Shown: one piece after another, positions 25,151-39,880 of the stretch
Layout of the letters: the number at the start of each line of letters is the position of its first letter
How positions within the stretch are numbered: the first letter of the stretch is position 1
Source: Gekko japonicus
Taxonomy: Eukaryota
Assembly (NCBI RefSeq): GCF_001447785.1
Contig: NW_015176494.1
Span: 376,794-440,793 of the forward strand
Length of the DNA: 64,000 bases
Direction of reading: 5' to 3'
Notes under the pieces: generated by a model
The model's database searches: none
Seen by the model: the letters and a program-made list of their open reading frames with translations, nothing else
Told to the model about the DNA's origin: nothing
Made by a program: the position numbers and the translations under genes

Positions 25151-27505
25151 AAGGTTGGAGAAGAGACGTCTTAAAACTTAAATCTTTTTGTAGCACTTCA
25201 GTCCCCTCTAAGCTGTGGAGTCTTGTGAGCAAAAATTCTACTTTGTGAGCTACTGGCATTGACTTGGCTGCTGCATAAATTAGTTTGCTCTGGAGCCCTC
25301 CTTCCTAAGACAAAAATGTGTGAGCCGGAGGCTAAAAAACTGTGAGCTAGCTCAGACTAACTCAGCTTAGAGGGAACACTGGTCCCCTCTCCTCGCATCT
25401 CGGGGACAGTAACGTTGGACCACATTACTAGGTTGCTAGGGCTGCCAGCTCTGGGTTGGGAAATACCTGGAGGTTTGGGGGGGGTGGAGCCTAGGGAAGG
25501 CGGGGTTTGGGGAGGGGAGGGACCTCAGCAGGGCATAATGCCATAGAGTCCTCCCTCCAAAGCGGCCATTTTCTCCAGAGCAGCTGATCTTGGTCGTCTG
25601 GAGATCAATTGTCATAGTGGGAGATCACCAGGTACCACCTGGGGATGAGCAGCTCTGCCAGTCTTCCATGAGGGGATATTAGCAGTGGGGCTATGTTGCA
25701 GGGTTGTTGTAAACTACCAGCTCTCAGCCTTGGCACACACATAGCCCAGCAATCAGAAATGTGGAGCGATTAGCTGTGGAGTACATTACAGGGATGTTGT
25801 AATGCACTTGTGGAGAAACGCCATTTTATGCCTATGTTTAAGTTGGTGTGGGCCAGATGGGAGGGGACCATCAAACCTGAGATGGCCTAGTCTCCTCCTC
25901 ATTTCACCCCCCCTCCTGTCTCCAACCAGCAATCAGAGGGCAGCTCCCTAGAGAGGACAGGAAGTCCGTCTAGGCTGTGAGGAGATCTGCCCCAGAATGC
26001 TGCAGGAGGGAGAGCCACTTCCTGGGTGGGAAGGGCTGTTTGATATAGTGGAGCTTCTGGACAGGAAGCAGTCTATGAGAATTGAGGTCGGTCTGCCTGA
26101 AGTCTGGAGCCAGTCAGGCTGTCGGCTGGAGTCTGCAGGAGGCAGAGGCCATGTTGGGAGTTGTGCTAATCNNNNNNNNNNNNNNNNNNNNNNNNNNNNN
26201 NNNNNNNNNNNNNNNNNNNNNNNNNNNNNNNNNNNNNNNNNNNNNNNNNNNNNNNNNNNNNNNNNNNNNNNNNNNNNNNNNNNNNNNNNNNNNNNNNNNN
26301 NNNNNNNNNNNNNNNNNNNNNNNNNNNNNNNNNNNNNNNNNNNNNNNNNNNNNNNNNNNNNNNNNNNNNNNNNNNNNNNNNNNNNNNNNNNNNNNNNNNN
26401 NNNNNNNNNNNNNNNNNNNNNNNNNNNNNNNNNNNNNNNNNNNNNNNNNNNNNNNNNNNNNNNNNNNNNNNNNNNNNNNNNNNNNNNNNNNNNNNNNNNN
26501 NNNNNNNNNNNNNNNNNNNNNNNNNNNNNNNNNNNNNNNNNNNNNNNNNNNNNNNNNNNNNNNNNNNNNNGACATCAGAGGGAGGTTAGGAGGCTGTCCC
26601 GCCTAACCAGAGCCCAAGACAGGGACAGTGGTGGCAACAATACCCGGAGGCAGTGGTGAAAAACTGCCCCTTCAGGTGCCAGGTCAGGAAAAGGAGGGGT
26701 GGGCAGAGCGGGGTCTGCCAGCTGATGCGGGCCCGTTCCACCACAGCACTGTTTCTTAGCTTCTGCATGCCTTCACATGCCCACATATTCTGTAATATGG
26801 TTATATATATGGGGATAACTACATTGGTATATTACAGGGTGCCTCCTCTCTTACTGCGATCTGTAATGTGGCGAGATTTAGCAATGAACAACAATGCAAG
26901 GGTGTTGTAAACCATCATTTCTCAGCCCCACTTCCTCTTAGCAGTTCTGCATTGGGAGCAAATAATATGCTTTGACCTATGAGGTGACAAATCACCTCTG
27001 TTTGTCTCTTGCCTTGAAAATCCTATGGGGTTGCCTCAAGTTAGTTGCAACTTGATGGCACTTTCCATCACCACATTTACAGTGTTGTCATAAGATCCTG
27101 TCAGTCTCAGCTCCTCCACTGTGCATTATAGGCACAATGTCACTCAGTGTGCCATCACCTCCCACCCCATCTGCATCTGCAATAAGCAGTGTAAAAACAT
27201 ACAAGAGCACAACAAAAAAGGAGAGGAGGAGGAGGAGATTGGATTTATACCCCGCCCTTCACTTCCCAAGGGAGTCTCAGAGCGGCTTACAAACTCCTTT
27301 CCCTTCCCCTCCCCACAACAGACACCCTGTGAGGAAGGTGGGGCTGAGAGAGCTCTCACAGAAACTGCTCTTTTCAAGAACACCTCTGACAGAACTATGG
27401 CTTGCCCAAGGTCATCCAGCAGCTGTGAGTGGAGGAGTGGGAAATCAAACCTGGTCCTCCCAGATTAGAAACTGCACACTTAACCAATACACCACTACAC
27501 CAAAC

Positions 27506-29640
27506 TGAGAGATCTGTTCCACAAGATCCAAGGAATTAAAGGGATATTTAAAGCAGGGCTGGGCATGCTGGAAGATCAACATGGAAATTCATTAACTGAA
27601 CAGAACAAAATAAAGAAAAAGATGGGAATTTTAGAAACTGAAGCGAAAGCTTTACTCAAAACAGTCGGGAGAAACAAATCATCAGGAGTAGATGGGATAT
27701 CAACAGAGCTATTTCAGGCCACAGAAACTGAGTCCATCAAAATCTTAACAAGAATATGTCAACAAATATGGAAAACAAAGCAATGGCCCACAGACTGGAA
27801 ATGCTCGATCTACATTCCAATTACAAAAAAGGAAACTTTAAAGACTGCAGCAATGATCTGACCATTACATTAACTTCTCATGCAAGTAAAGTGATGCTCA
27901 AAATCTTACAAGAAAGACTATTACCATATATGAAACAATAAATGCCAGATGTTCAAGCTAGATTCAGAAAAGGAAGCTGCACTAGAGATCATATTGCTAA
28001 TTTACATTGGTTACTGTGGCATGCAAGATAATTTCACAAGAGAATCACTTGTTTTTCATAGATTACAGCAAAGCTTTTGACTGTGGATCATGAAAAGCTA
28101 CGGTTGGTTTTTAAAGAAATGGGTGTGCAATGACACCTGATTGTTTTGATGCACAACCTATACTCTGGACAAGAGGCCACTGTTAGGACAGCATATGGAG
28201 AAACACAATGGTTTCTAATTGGCAAAGATGTCAGACAAGGATGTATTTTATCTCCCTATCTTTTCAATCTATATGCAGAACATATTTTAAGGAAAGCTGG
28301 ATTAGATTTAAATGAAGGTGGAATGAAAATTGGTAGAAGGAACATAAACAGTTTGAGATATGCAGATGACACCATATTACCAACAGAAAACAATGAAGAC
28401 TGCTGATAAGGTTAAAGCAGAAAGTACTAAAGCGGGATTACACCTGAACATCAAGAAGACAAAGTAATGACTACCAGGGAGTTACACAACTTTAAGGCTG
28501 ATGATGAAGAAACTGAAATTATACAAGATTTTCTATTCCTTGGTTCAATCATCAACCAGAAGGGAGACTCCAACCATGAAATCAGAAGGAGATTGGGAAT
28601 GGGAATGGGAATGGGAAGGGCAGCCATGAAGGAGCTAGAAAAGTGTAAGGATATGTCACTGGCAATCAAGATCAAGTTAGTTAATGCCATAGTATTCCTC
28701 ATTACTACATATAGGTCCCGGTCATACGGGCCGTAAAATGTGTGTGGGGGGGAGTGTGGCAGTTTGGCCCGGAGCAAAATAATGCATGGCTGCCCGATCA
28801 CACGTCCTGTTGAGGTCCTGTGGGTAGGGGTGAGGTGGCAATCACACGACAATCTTGCAGTGTGGCAAAGAAGCAGTGCGGCGCGATCTCGCCAATGGCA
28901 TGCACGATTCTGCGGAGCAACGAAACTTTTGCTTTCCTCTTCGTGCGTATGCACCGTTGGGTGCTTGTGCGCATCCTGTGGAGACTTGGGGAAAAAAAAC
29001 CTGTTTGTGATGGGACATGGGTGGGTGCCAGATGCCATGGACTATCACCGGGAACGCGATCAGACGCCAGCCCTTGCCCCGCGGTTTCCGGAAACTAGTA
29101 CCTCGGAGGTACTAGTTTTTAACTCCACATCTTCGGCGGGAAGCCTCGGGTTCGCCATGGGAGCTCTACGTTTCTCAGATGTTGTGGTGTGATCGCGCCC
29201 GGAAAATCCGTCTATCATCCGTATCTCAGTAGCGTGGCTAATGCTCCGTGTGACCTCAGCCATAGATATGAAAGTTGGACAATGAAGAAATTTGATTCAT
29301 TTGAAATGTGGTGTTGGAGGAGAGTTTTATGAATACCATGGACTGTCAAAAAAGACTAATAAGTGGTTCTAGAATAAATCAAATCAAGCCTGAACTCTCC
29401 CTAGAAGCTAAAATGACTAAACGGAGGCTGTTGTACTTTGGTCACATTATGAGAAGGCAACACTCATTGGAAAAGACAATAATGCTAGGAAAAGCTTAAG
29501 GCAAAAGGAAAAGAGGAAGACCCAACATAAGATGGATTGACTCAGTAAAGGAAGCCGTGGCATTCGGTTTGCAAGGCTGTTAGCATAGGATGTTTTGGAA
29601 GTCATTAATTCACAGGGTTGCCTTAAGTAATCAGCCTGAC
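27506..29640 (+). mobile_element. RTE/Bov-B-type LINE, degraded, with nested insertion
   Basis: KSSGVDGISTELF, QWPTDWK, SHASKVMLKIL, VRQGCILSPYLFNLYAE, NSLRYADDT, LLYFGHIMRR motifs with stops and frameshifts. Confidence 0.92.
28714..29261. mobile_element. CpG-rich non-autonomous DNA element (PIF/Harbinger-like) inserted in the RTE
   Basis: Interrupts RTE ORF2; ATA on both sides; imperfect TIRs ggtcccggtcatacgg / ccgtgtgacctcagcc. Confidence 0.6.
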
Positions 29641-31240
29641 AACACTTAACATACACTCACAGTTTCTCCCATGCCAGCCCTTAGTTTGGGAAGCATTTGC
29701 AGGGTAAGTGAATTTCCAGGGCTTTTTTAAAAAAGGGAGACGGAAGAAGCCCACACCTGCAGTAAAGAATCCAGCCTGGGCTGATGTTTGGCAGGCACTG
29801 AGATGTTTTTCAGCAAGCATCTGCTCCCCTAAGTTTCCCTGGCCTGGATAGCCCAGGCTAGCCCGATCCCATTAGATCTCGGAAGCTAAGCAGGGTTGGG
29901 CAACCTCCAAGGAATACCAGGGTCGCGATGTGAAGGAAAACAATGGCAAACCACCTCTGAAATGTCTCTTGCCTTAAAAACAAGTCTAGCTTGCCACCTA
30001 GTGGCACATAACGCTAAAGAGCTAGAACTTTAGGTTGCCAGACAATCTTAGGATCTTCTGGCTATTCTACACACAATGCCATACGATAATAATTATTAAT
30101 TATTATTGTTCCCCTAAAGTATGCATGTGTCGTATTTCATACTACTGAGTGCCGAGTCCACAGCACGTCCTCTGTGACACACCACTCTTCCTTCCTGTTT
30201 ATTGCTTCACTTCTGCATTCTTTCATAGAAAAACTCATACCATTTTAAAAGTGATGCAAACTTTACTATTTAAGGTCTGACCGAAGCTGTGTGCCCTTCC
30301 ATTCTCTTACCTCCTGTCCTATATTTCTTGTAGTAATTTTTTTAACCACCAACTAAAACACATCCATTTTATTAACTGGCAGCCTAGATTCACAATCTCA
30401 CTAGTGGTTTCCCATTTCTGAGGCCTTTTTTCCAGGTTACTGAATCCAATTTATTCAGAGATTGCGAGAAATATGAATGTTACAGTGACTAATTATATAT
30501 AGATAGATATAATTACAGATTAAAAACAGAAACCAGCAGTTTGAGCGAGATTAAGTACATGTGAATGGCAACTGCGTGAAAAATAAGAACCGGTACATAA
30601 ATCAGATGAAATGCAGCTATGCTGTCAGTTAGGACACTGCCTTGGATTCTTGCAGAGGTGACCCAGAAAAGACAATTAAGCCAGTCAGGTATTGTTCCTT
30701 TTTATGAGCCATCTTTCATTTCTCTGAAGAAGTGAGGCCAGTGACTCACGAAAGCTCATCCCCTGCCACAAATTTTGTTAGTCTTTAAGGTGCTGCAGGA
30801 CTCTTGCTCTTTTCTGCTTTCTTTTCATTGTTATTCCCACATCACACAGCAGATTTCAGAAAATTTGCATCCTTGAGAAGATATTTCCATCCACCATGCT
30901 ATTCGAAAGTATGCATTTGGTCACTAGACTGCATTTGGTCCATGCATTTGGTCACTAGACTGAAAGGACTTTGCTTCCGCCAAAAAGGGTTCCTAACCAA
31001 CATCTGCTGTCATAGCTGTTCTGTCCTCTAGCATTGGTGACTTCAGGAACAATCCAATTATTACACAAAGGAAGAAAATGGCATCGGTATTGTTTGATGG
31101 GTCTGGTTAGGTTCTTCCTTTGGGGTGGGAGGCATGATGTGTTCCCACAGATGCATCCCTCCAGTATCTGTACAGGAATTCAACACAGAGACAGACCCAA
31201 ATGAATAGTAATGCACTCTCATGTGGAGACTGGAGACTGT

Positions 31241-31312
31241 TCAGGGGTCTTCGTTTGCTAAATCCAAAATGTTTCCCAGGAGGACTTGGAAGGTGGGGCG
31301 TTCCTCAGCTTT
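31241..31312 (-). CDS. BTK: BTK exon 19 (last coding)
   Basis: 72 nt, KAEERPTFQVLLGNILDLANEDP*. Confidence 0.93.
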   Translation of the reverse strand, partial: KAEERPTFQVLLGNILDLANEDP

Positions 31313-32339
31313 CTGGAAAAAATGCAAAAGCTTCCATGGATGAATGCAAAACAAGCATTTAAATGCTGAACAAGTACATTAATAACGACAGCATTTTCAT
31401 ACCACTTTCAATTGTCCAAAGTGTTTCACAAAAATTATCTTGCTGTTATCCCTAAAACAACCTTGGAAGGTAGCCTAAGTTATTTTTTTAATCCCCATAT
31501 TCTTGATGGGGTGCTGACACTGAAAGATGGACTTGCCTAAGGTGACCTAGCAAGTTTGTGGCAAAGACGAATTGAATCTGGGCAGTCTCTTAGCTACCCA
31601 ACTACACCAGCTCTCATTTAAAGATAAGGGCTCCATCAGCAGAAGGTACTGGAATGGGTTACTGCAGACTGGACCAGATTCATATTGGAGGAGGTGCCCA
31701 GATTTTAACCTGGCACCTCTATTCCTGCATTTTTTTCCTTTAAAGAACAACAATAACTTTGTAAAGCAGGCTAGGCTGATAATTAGTGACTTATGGCTGA
31801 CTAGGGCTTCCCGGTGTAAATCCAATACCCCGTGCATGGCATCATGCTGGCACTCTGCCAATGCATTGCAAGTGCCAATGAACCTTTGCAGAAGAGTTCA
31901 TGGCTCAGTAATAGATCACATGCTTTGTATGTGTAAAGGCTCAGGTTCCATCCCCAGGGTCTGTAACGAAAGGATCAGAGGTGGCAACAGGGCTGGGGAA
32001 CCCGTCTGCTTACTAGAACTGTTGCCAACTAGAAGAGACAATCTTGGGCTAGATAGACCAGTGGACTGCCTCTGTGCAAGGCAGTGCCTAACAAGCTTTT
32101 CTAACTGCCCCACACTTTGTCCCTTTGCCTGTCATGCTTCCATTGGTTAATCCACCATGATGTCACAGTAGGGCTCTGAGATGTTACAACCCCTCACACT
32201 GTCATTGGTTTAGCTGTTCTGAAGTCACACACGCTTAGGCTAGGTAGTTGGTTGCTAAGAAGAAACTGTAGACTTTAGAATAGGAACTCTAGTGTCACTA
32301 AATTAATGGGTTGCCTGCACACCATGGCTTGTCTCATTG

Positions 32340-32912
32340 TGGCCAGGGTCCGACCTACCTGAGGGACCGCCTTTCCCCATATATACCCCCAAGACCACTT
32401 TGGTCGGGGACACAACACCGCCTGGTGATTCCAGGTCCCCAGGAGGCAAAGCTTGCTGCGACCAGGGCCAGATCCTTCTCAGTGGCGGCCCCCACCTGGT
32501 GGAACGAGCTCCCGGAGGAGATCAGGGCCCTGCGGGACCTTATGCAGTTCCACAGGGCCTGCAAGACGGAGCTCTTCCACCAGGCTTTTATATAGGGGCC
32601 GCCATTTCTACTACTACCACCACCGAAACAACGGGGCTGGGAGCGGTCCCCGAAAGAACTGCCATAAATTTGCATGGCACTGATGCTGCTGGACTGGCTT
32701 GGACTATCGATAGGACAATTTCACCTAAGGAAATGATCAATACCATCCTCAGAGACCATCTTGTTTGTATGGAGCACTATTTGTTTTGTTGTGATTTAAT
32801 AGTTTTTACTGTTTTACATTGTTTTTATGTATGAGCTTATGCCCCTGTGTAAGCCGCCCTGAGCCCGTTCACGGGGAGGGCAAGGTAAAAATGCAATAAA
32901 TAAATAAATAAA
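32340..32912 (+). mobile_element. L2-type LINE 3' end (similar pieces 4935-5130, 51630-51810)
   Basis: GPTYLRDRLSPY...RSFSVAAPTWWNELPEEIR...KTELFHQAF; (aaat)n tail. Confidence 0.8.
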
Positions 32913-35091
32913 TTGTAGCTGTTCAATGAAGATCCATTAGCCAAAGGCAGATGGCACTGGCTTGCGGTGAAATGTTCAGAGAACTTTGGAGAGTGCAACT
33001 GCTGCCATTTAAGGCAAGAGGAGATAGAGGCTAGAGGATATAGATATAATCAGAGAAGTCGAAAGGTTTAAAAATGAGGACTAGAATCTTGAACCTGATG
33101 TCAATGGAGGCAGGAACCTGCTACAGAAGGAGAGGCAGAGAGATGTGGCTGGGAGGGTTTTATATATTTTTTAAAATATTCAGCTCCAGAATTCATTTGC
33201 TCTTTGTGACATGGTGGGATGAACCTTGTAATCTGCTTCTCCTTTAGAAAGCACAGAGGGAGCTCTCAACAGCCTCCCATCTAGACACAGATAGGGTCCT
33301 CATCTCCCTTATGTTGTGCTAATGAACTGCATGCTTCTGTAATACCTTGGGCCTAGTAGCTCTAATTGCATACTATGCTTCAGATATTCTAATTCAGGAC
33401 CACCATTAAGCTTAGTCTAGAGATATAGAACAGTCAGGCCTATTATGCATGGGTGTTTTCCCTCGCTTTCACTGTGCATGTCTGTGGGATTTTCTTTCTT
33501 GTTCTGCACTGATTTTCCTCCCTTCAGTGCTTCATTTGCTTTCTGGTCGCTGTTTTCCTGGGTTTTCTGAGAGTGCTTTTGTGCTGATTTTTCCCTTGTT
33601 TCACTTCCAAGCCGAAGGTAAGTCAAAAGATTCCCTCAGATTTCCCCCCTACCCTTCTGTTGTCCCTCGAAGGTCACTTCCCTGCCCACATTGAGGTCCT
33701 CCTGCCCACTCTGCACCTTCCACCATCCTCCCCCTTCATCGATACACAAGCTCCATTTACCCCGTGTTTTTTAATTTGTAGGTTTTTTGACAAGTGGCAT
33801 GACTCTAATGATATGAGACTATCGCTAGTCTTGGATCGCTAGATTTAAAAAGATTAAAGGGGGGGAGTGTAAAAGAAGCTGCGCAAGGTTTAGTTCCCTG
33901 CTGGTATTGACTTGAAAGGGGGGGTCGGAGAGGAGGCAAACGGCAGCATCCCCAGTGCAAAAAAGAAAAGAAAAGGATTTCAGTGCTTCCTGCAAACAAA
34001 ATAAAGGGGGGGATCATCACTATGGAATTAAATTGACATGAGCTGTAAAGAGAGACAGGCACTGGTGTGGGATGCCTAAAGCCTTGATAACATTTTTCCC
34101 TTTAATACTTTAGTGAACAAAGTGGGGGGGGGGGCATGTTGACAGTCTCTGGAAGCCTAACATTAAAATGGCAGCTGAGCCACATGGACCTTCTGCAAAC
34201 CACCGAACCTAAGAACTGTTTGGAATTTGGAGGACAGAGCACAATCTGCACAGGGCATGCTCTAAATAACTGCCAAAATCGCAACCAGTGTGCAGGATCA
34301 AATTAGAGCATCACAAAGAGAAAACCACACCCATTTGCAAGGAAGGGCAAGAAATTAGTATTACTATGTAGCTGCACTAGGGCATTGGCGAAAATACCCC
34401 CCCTTTTTTCAATTTAGTGGCACAAGACTAAAAAAGCTCTCCAGAGCTTCTGCCAGAGGCCTCCTCCTCCATACAAATGGCAACCCTGTGCAAAGCATGG
34501 TGGAGTTGCAACCAACTTTGCAGAGGCACGCACATGCACACACATTGCCAACAATCACAGTTTTCAATGCTAGGGTCGGTGGGTTCTACCATGCGTTCTG
34601 TTCACTCAATACGTTCCCCAATATTATGAGATCGTGTGACTCTTTCGCTCCACAGTGGCCAATAACACAGCAGAGGATCCCTTAGTACTCAGCAATACGG
34701 AAAAGGGGGTTGCTCAGCTGCTTGTCAGTTTCAAAAAGGCCTAGTCAGTTTCAACATTGGGTTTCCTCCCTTTGTCTATGTTGCTTTCTGTTCCCTTTCC
34801 TTCACCGAACTAATGCTAAAATCATATATGCACAAAACCTGAATCACGAAGATTTAAATGGAAAAAGCTTGCTGGACGCTACTGCGCAGCTCCAATAGGA
34901 CAAATGCATACATTTTTTAAAATCCTTGGGACCCCCCCCCCCCACATCACAAGAAAAGTGCATTTTAAAAATTGTAGCTGCAGAATAAATACACTGGAGG
35001 AAAAATAATGGTGCGTAAGGTGGTCTCTGAAAATCTGCAGTAAGGTGTGGGTGTGTAATGGGCCTTGGGATGGTGGTGGGGGATGCCTTAC

Positions 35092-35350
<259 letters not shown>

Positions 35351-35732
35351 TTATTTACTTCATCGGTACCCCACCTTTCTCCTCAATGGAGGCTTACATT
35401 GTGGCTTACATTTTTCTCCTTTCCTCCATTTTATCCTCACGACAAACCTGTGAATCAGGCATGTAAGTTAACCACAGACATGCTGAAAGTGATCACAGCC
35501 ATACTTCCGATGAAAATTTTATTGTGAAGCCAGCAGGATATATTAATCTATGGCACCAGACGTGGAAGCATTCACCAGGATCATCATCATATTTCCAAGG
35601 GAAAATAAAAGATAGCAACAACCAACCCAGATTTTTAAAATTAGTAAATTGTAACGTTTTAATTAGGGGCATCCAAACTTTTTAGCCCGAGGACCACCCT
35701 GAAGTAACCATTTGGCAGGCTGAGCCAGATCA

Positions 35733-35960
<228 letters not shown>

Positions 35961-36917
35961 TCAGCCTAGTTCTGTGAGGTGATAGAGCCTCAGCCGTACT
36001 AGTCTACAGGTAGGGGCTGTCAAGCTCCCTATCAAAAAGGTTCCATGGCACACGGAAAATTAGCACATCAAGGAAAAGCTACTGTGGAATCCTTCTCACT
36101 GAAGTTTGTCTGTGAAGGGATTTTTTTTCCTTTTGGGTATTTGTGTGTGTGTATGTTGGACTCGACTGCGACTGAACAACAATGTGTGTGTGTGTGTGTG
36201 CGCGTGCGTGCTTGCAAGCCTGGAAGTCATGGTGACTTCTGGCGACCCCTAGTGGGGCTAGGATGTTTCAGAGAGGTGGCTTTGATATTACCTGCCTCTG
36301 CGTCCTGGCCCTGGTATTCCTTGGAGGTCGCCCTTCCAAGTACTTGCCAGGGTTGGCCCCGCTTAACTTCTGAGATTGGGCTTGCCTGGGCTATCCAGGG
36401 CAGGGCAGGAATTTTCTTTATATGGTGGCGCATTCTATCATGTGAGCCCCCACCCACAGACTGAAGTGCTACAGCCCAGACACAGGTTCACCAACTCAGT
36501 AAGAACAGGGTCACTGTCTGTAGAGTTGTCCTTTTTTGCCTAGTTCCTGACCCTGTATCAAATTTAAAATGGGCAGAAACTCAGAGGTGGTGATGGAGAC
36601 AGCTTCACCTGGTGAATTGCTGTCCACCATCCAGCTGTTGAGAGTACTGCTAGGGGGGGAAAGGGGTAGACATTATCAAGGTAAGCTCTGACTATTCAAA
36701 GTATGTTTCGCTTAATATCAGTTGGGTCATAGAGAAAGCAGATGTGACATGCCTGCCTCCCCCCCCCCAAAAAAAAAATACTGCACAACCATTCAAGGAG
36801 AGAAGGGTATAATCTGGAAGAAATTGAAAGAAGAATTATCAGAAGGGGGGGGGCTGTCACACACCTCAGTGTTTTATTCTTTTCCCCCCAGACAAGATGT
36901 CTTTTGGGTGGCTAAGA

Positions 36918-37524
36918 CAGGGCTCTCCAACCTTTCTGAGACTGGACACCTTTAGAATTCTGACACAGTGTAATGGGCACAGCCATAAAAGGGCTGCCAC
37001 ACAATGGCTGCCGCAGCTTACTTCCAGTCACACAGTGAAGATCCTTGTGCTGTGGTGACAGCTGCTGCCAAGGTTTGTGTAATGGTTAAGACTGCAGACT
37101 CTAATCTGGGAGAACCGGGTTTGATTCCTCACTCCTCCTCATGCAGCTGCTGGTGTGACCTTGGGTCAGTTACAAGTTCTCTTAGAGTTGTTCTCTCACA
37201 AACAGTTCTCGAAAGAGCTCTCTCAGCCTCACCTACCTCACAGGGTGTCTGTTGTGGGGAAGGGAAGGGAAAGGAGATTGTAAGCCGCTCTGAGACTCCA
37301 AGTGAAGGGGAGGGTATAAAATCCAATCCCTTCTTCTTTTCAAAGCAATGTTTTTAAAACTTTGCACTGCCAATCAAATTATCCAGTGGCCAATCAGAAA
37401 CCATGCTGGGCAAAAGACCCACCTGGCCCTATGCACTTTCTAAAAACAATTGGTGGGCACCAGGACGGGTGTTGGCAGGCATCACGGTAGTGGGTGCCCA
37501 TGAGCAGCATGCAGGGGATCCCTG
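36918..37524. mobile_element. hAT (Charlie-like) MITE with nested SINE
   Basis: cagggctctcc / ggggatccctg termini; TSD ggctaaga/ggctaagg. Confidence 0.75.
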
Positions 37525-38475
37525 GGCTAAGGACTCGAGGTCACAGATGTGAGGGCGATCTGGCTGCGACATCTGTCACCCCATTGGTTGCCAGGGTTGA
37601 TTCGACTTGAGATCACACTCTATTCTGCACCCATGACATCAGCTTGAAAGAATTTTAATAACTGGATCATTCATTTTTTTTCAAGGAACTGATCGTTCGT
37701 CCTCTTTCATTGCCAGCTGATTTGATGAAGGGGACTCTGAGCTGGCAGACGGCCTGCTGATAGCTGGGATTCTTTCTTTTTGAATGAGATGCCCATCAGA
37801 CCCTGGAGAGAGACGTTCTTTTAGCTGAGGGACACCGAGAAGAGCCCTTTAGTGTTTTTTGAAGTGGGGTGGGGATATGAGACTTTCTAGCTGGAGACAG
37901 TGGGAAACGGGTGGGGTGGCGCAGGCTGGGGCAGGACTCCCTGATCACTCCCTGAGGCTCTGCCTGGCCGTGCCTCTATGCCCCCAATGGAAATCTGCAT
38001 GTATAGCTGTAGATAAAACAAAACTAGAAGACTTCTCTCCCTCTTATCTAGAGGAAAGTAACCCACCCGCCCCCACACACCCCTACACTCACACACTGCC
38101 CCCGGAATTTCCTCACCACTCGGGCAAGTNNNNNNNNNNNNNNNNNNNNNNNNNNNNNNNNNNNNNNNNNNNNNNNNNNGGACCCACAAGAGAAGAAGGT
38201 GATGGAGGCAGATCAGAAAAAGCTGCAAATGTTTGAAAGCAAGTGGCAGTGCACAGGGCAAGAGGGAAGCAGGACAGGTGAAATGATGGAGGGGAATGAA
38301 GTGAAACGGGGGAGAGCAAGAAAAGGCAAAAAAGGGGGGGAGGTAGTTACAGTGCAATGCTAAACACCCTTCTACATCCATTGAAGTCAATGGGCTTCAG
38401 AGGTTACATGTCTGCTTAAAGTGCATTAGTAAACATCCCAGTTCCCTCCACATATGTGCATGCATGCAAACTGAC

Positions 38476-38540
38476 CTGGAGAGGCCAAAATCAGATACTT
38501 TGATGGTGCCTTGTCCGTGCACCAAACAGTTGCGAGCAGC
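38476..38540 (-). CDS. BTK: BTK exon 16
   Basis: 65 nt, AARNCLVHGQGTIKVSDFGLS. Confidence 0.95.
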
Positions 38541-39124
38541 CTGTTGACAGAAAAACAGTGAGGCTTTCAGGGGAGCAGCATTACAGACCCACAGGGCAGA
38601 GTCGACCCTGCCCTGTCACCACCACCTCCAGGCCCCCGCAAGAGAAAAGAAATTCAGCGACTCAGGGAACTGACTGATTCCTGTCCGCTTCTGCAGTAAA
38701 TCAACTGCCGTGGTCATGTCCCTTTTAGGAACAGCCATTTTAGGCATCCTTTGCATCTCTTGTCAGGTGGAATACTTGCAGGTGAACTGAATGCCTCCTT
38801 CCTGCATTGTGCAGGGGGTTGGACTAGATGACCCTGGAGGTCCCTTCCAACTCTATGATTCTGTGAGCTGAAAAAACTGGATGTCAGCCAGCTGTGGCAC
38901 CAATGGCAGGTTCTGGGCCAAGCCTTGATATAAACGATCTATGCACCACAAACAGCATTAAAATCTATAAAAACTGCTATATCATAGGCAGTTGTGAATT
39001 TTTGGAGGTTCCCTAATCGTATGGTATAGTTATTTTAACATGATCCTTTATGTTAAAAAGCTTGTCCTTTAGTTTCACTTTTAACTTGTCTTGTTGGTTG
39101 CCATGTCCCTTCCTGAGCCAATCA

Positions 39125-39658
<534 letters not shown>

Positions 39659-39675
39659 TCAGAGGGGCAGACTGC

Positions 39676-39880
39676 TGCCCTGCCCTGGATAGCCCAGGTA
39701 AGCCCAATCTCGTGAGATCTCAGAAGATGAGCAGGGTCGACCCTGGCAAGGACTTGGATGGGAGACCTCCTTGGAATACCGGAGGCGGGAGGCGGGGGCA
39801 GGCTTTATTCAGCCACCTCTCTGACTATCCTCCAGACCCCCAGTAAGGGTCAGTCACCAGAGGTTGCCATGACTTCCGGG
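39676..39880 (+). mobile_element. 5S rRNA-derived SINE; copies ~2329-2520, 29837-29980, 49150-49350, 55089-55300 (+) and 6265-6430, 36225-36405, 49820-49965 (-)
   Basis: Head similar to 5S internal sequence (gatctcggaagctaagcagggtc...ttggatgggagacc) fused to a non-5S tail. Confidence 0.7.

Noticed and set aside
24545-25259. Overlapping ORFs around TIMM8A exon 1
   Set aside because: Expected from stop-codon depletion in a CpG island.
29837-29980. 5S rRNA-like sequence (also ~2340, 39700, 49160, 55110)
   Set aside because: Partial, diverged and fused to a common non-5S tail; these are SINE heads, not rRNA genes.
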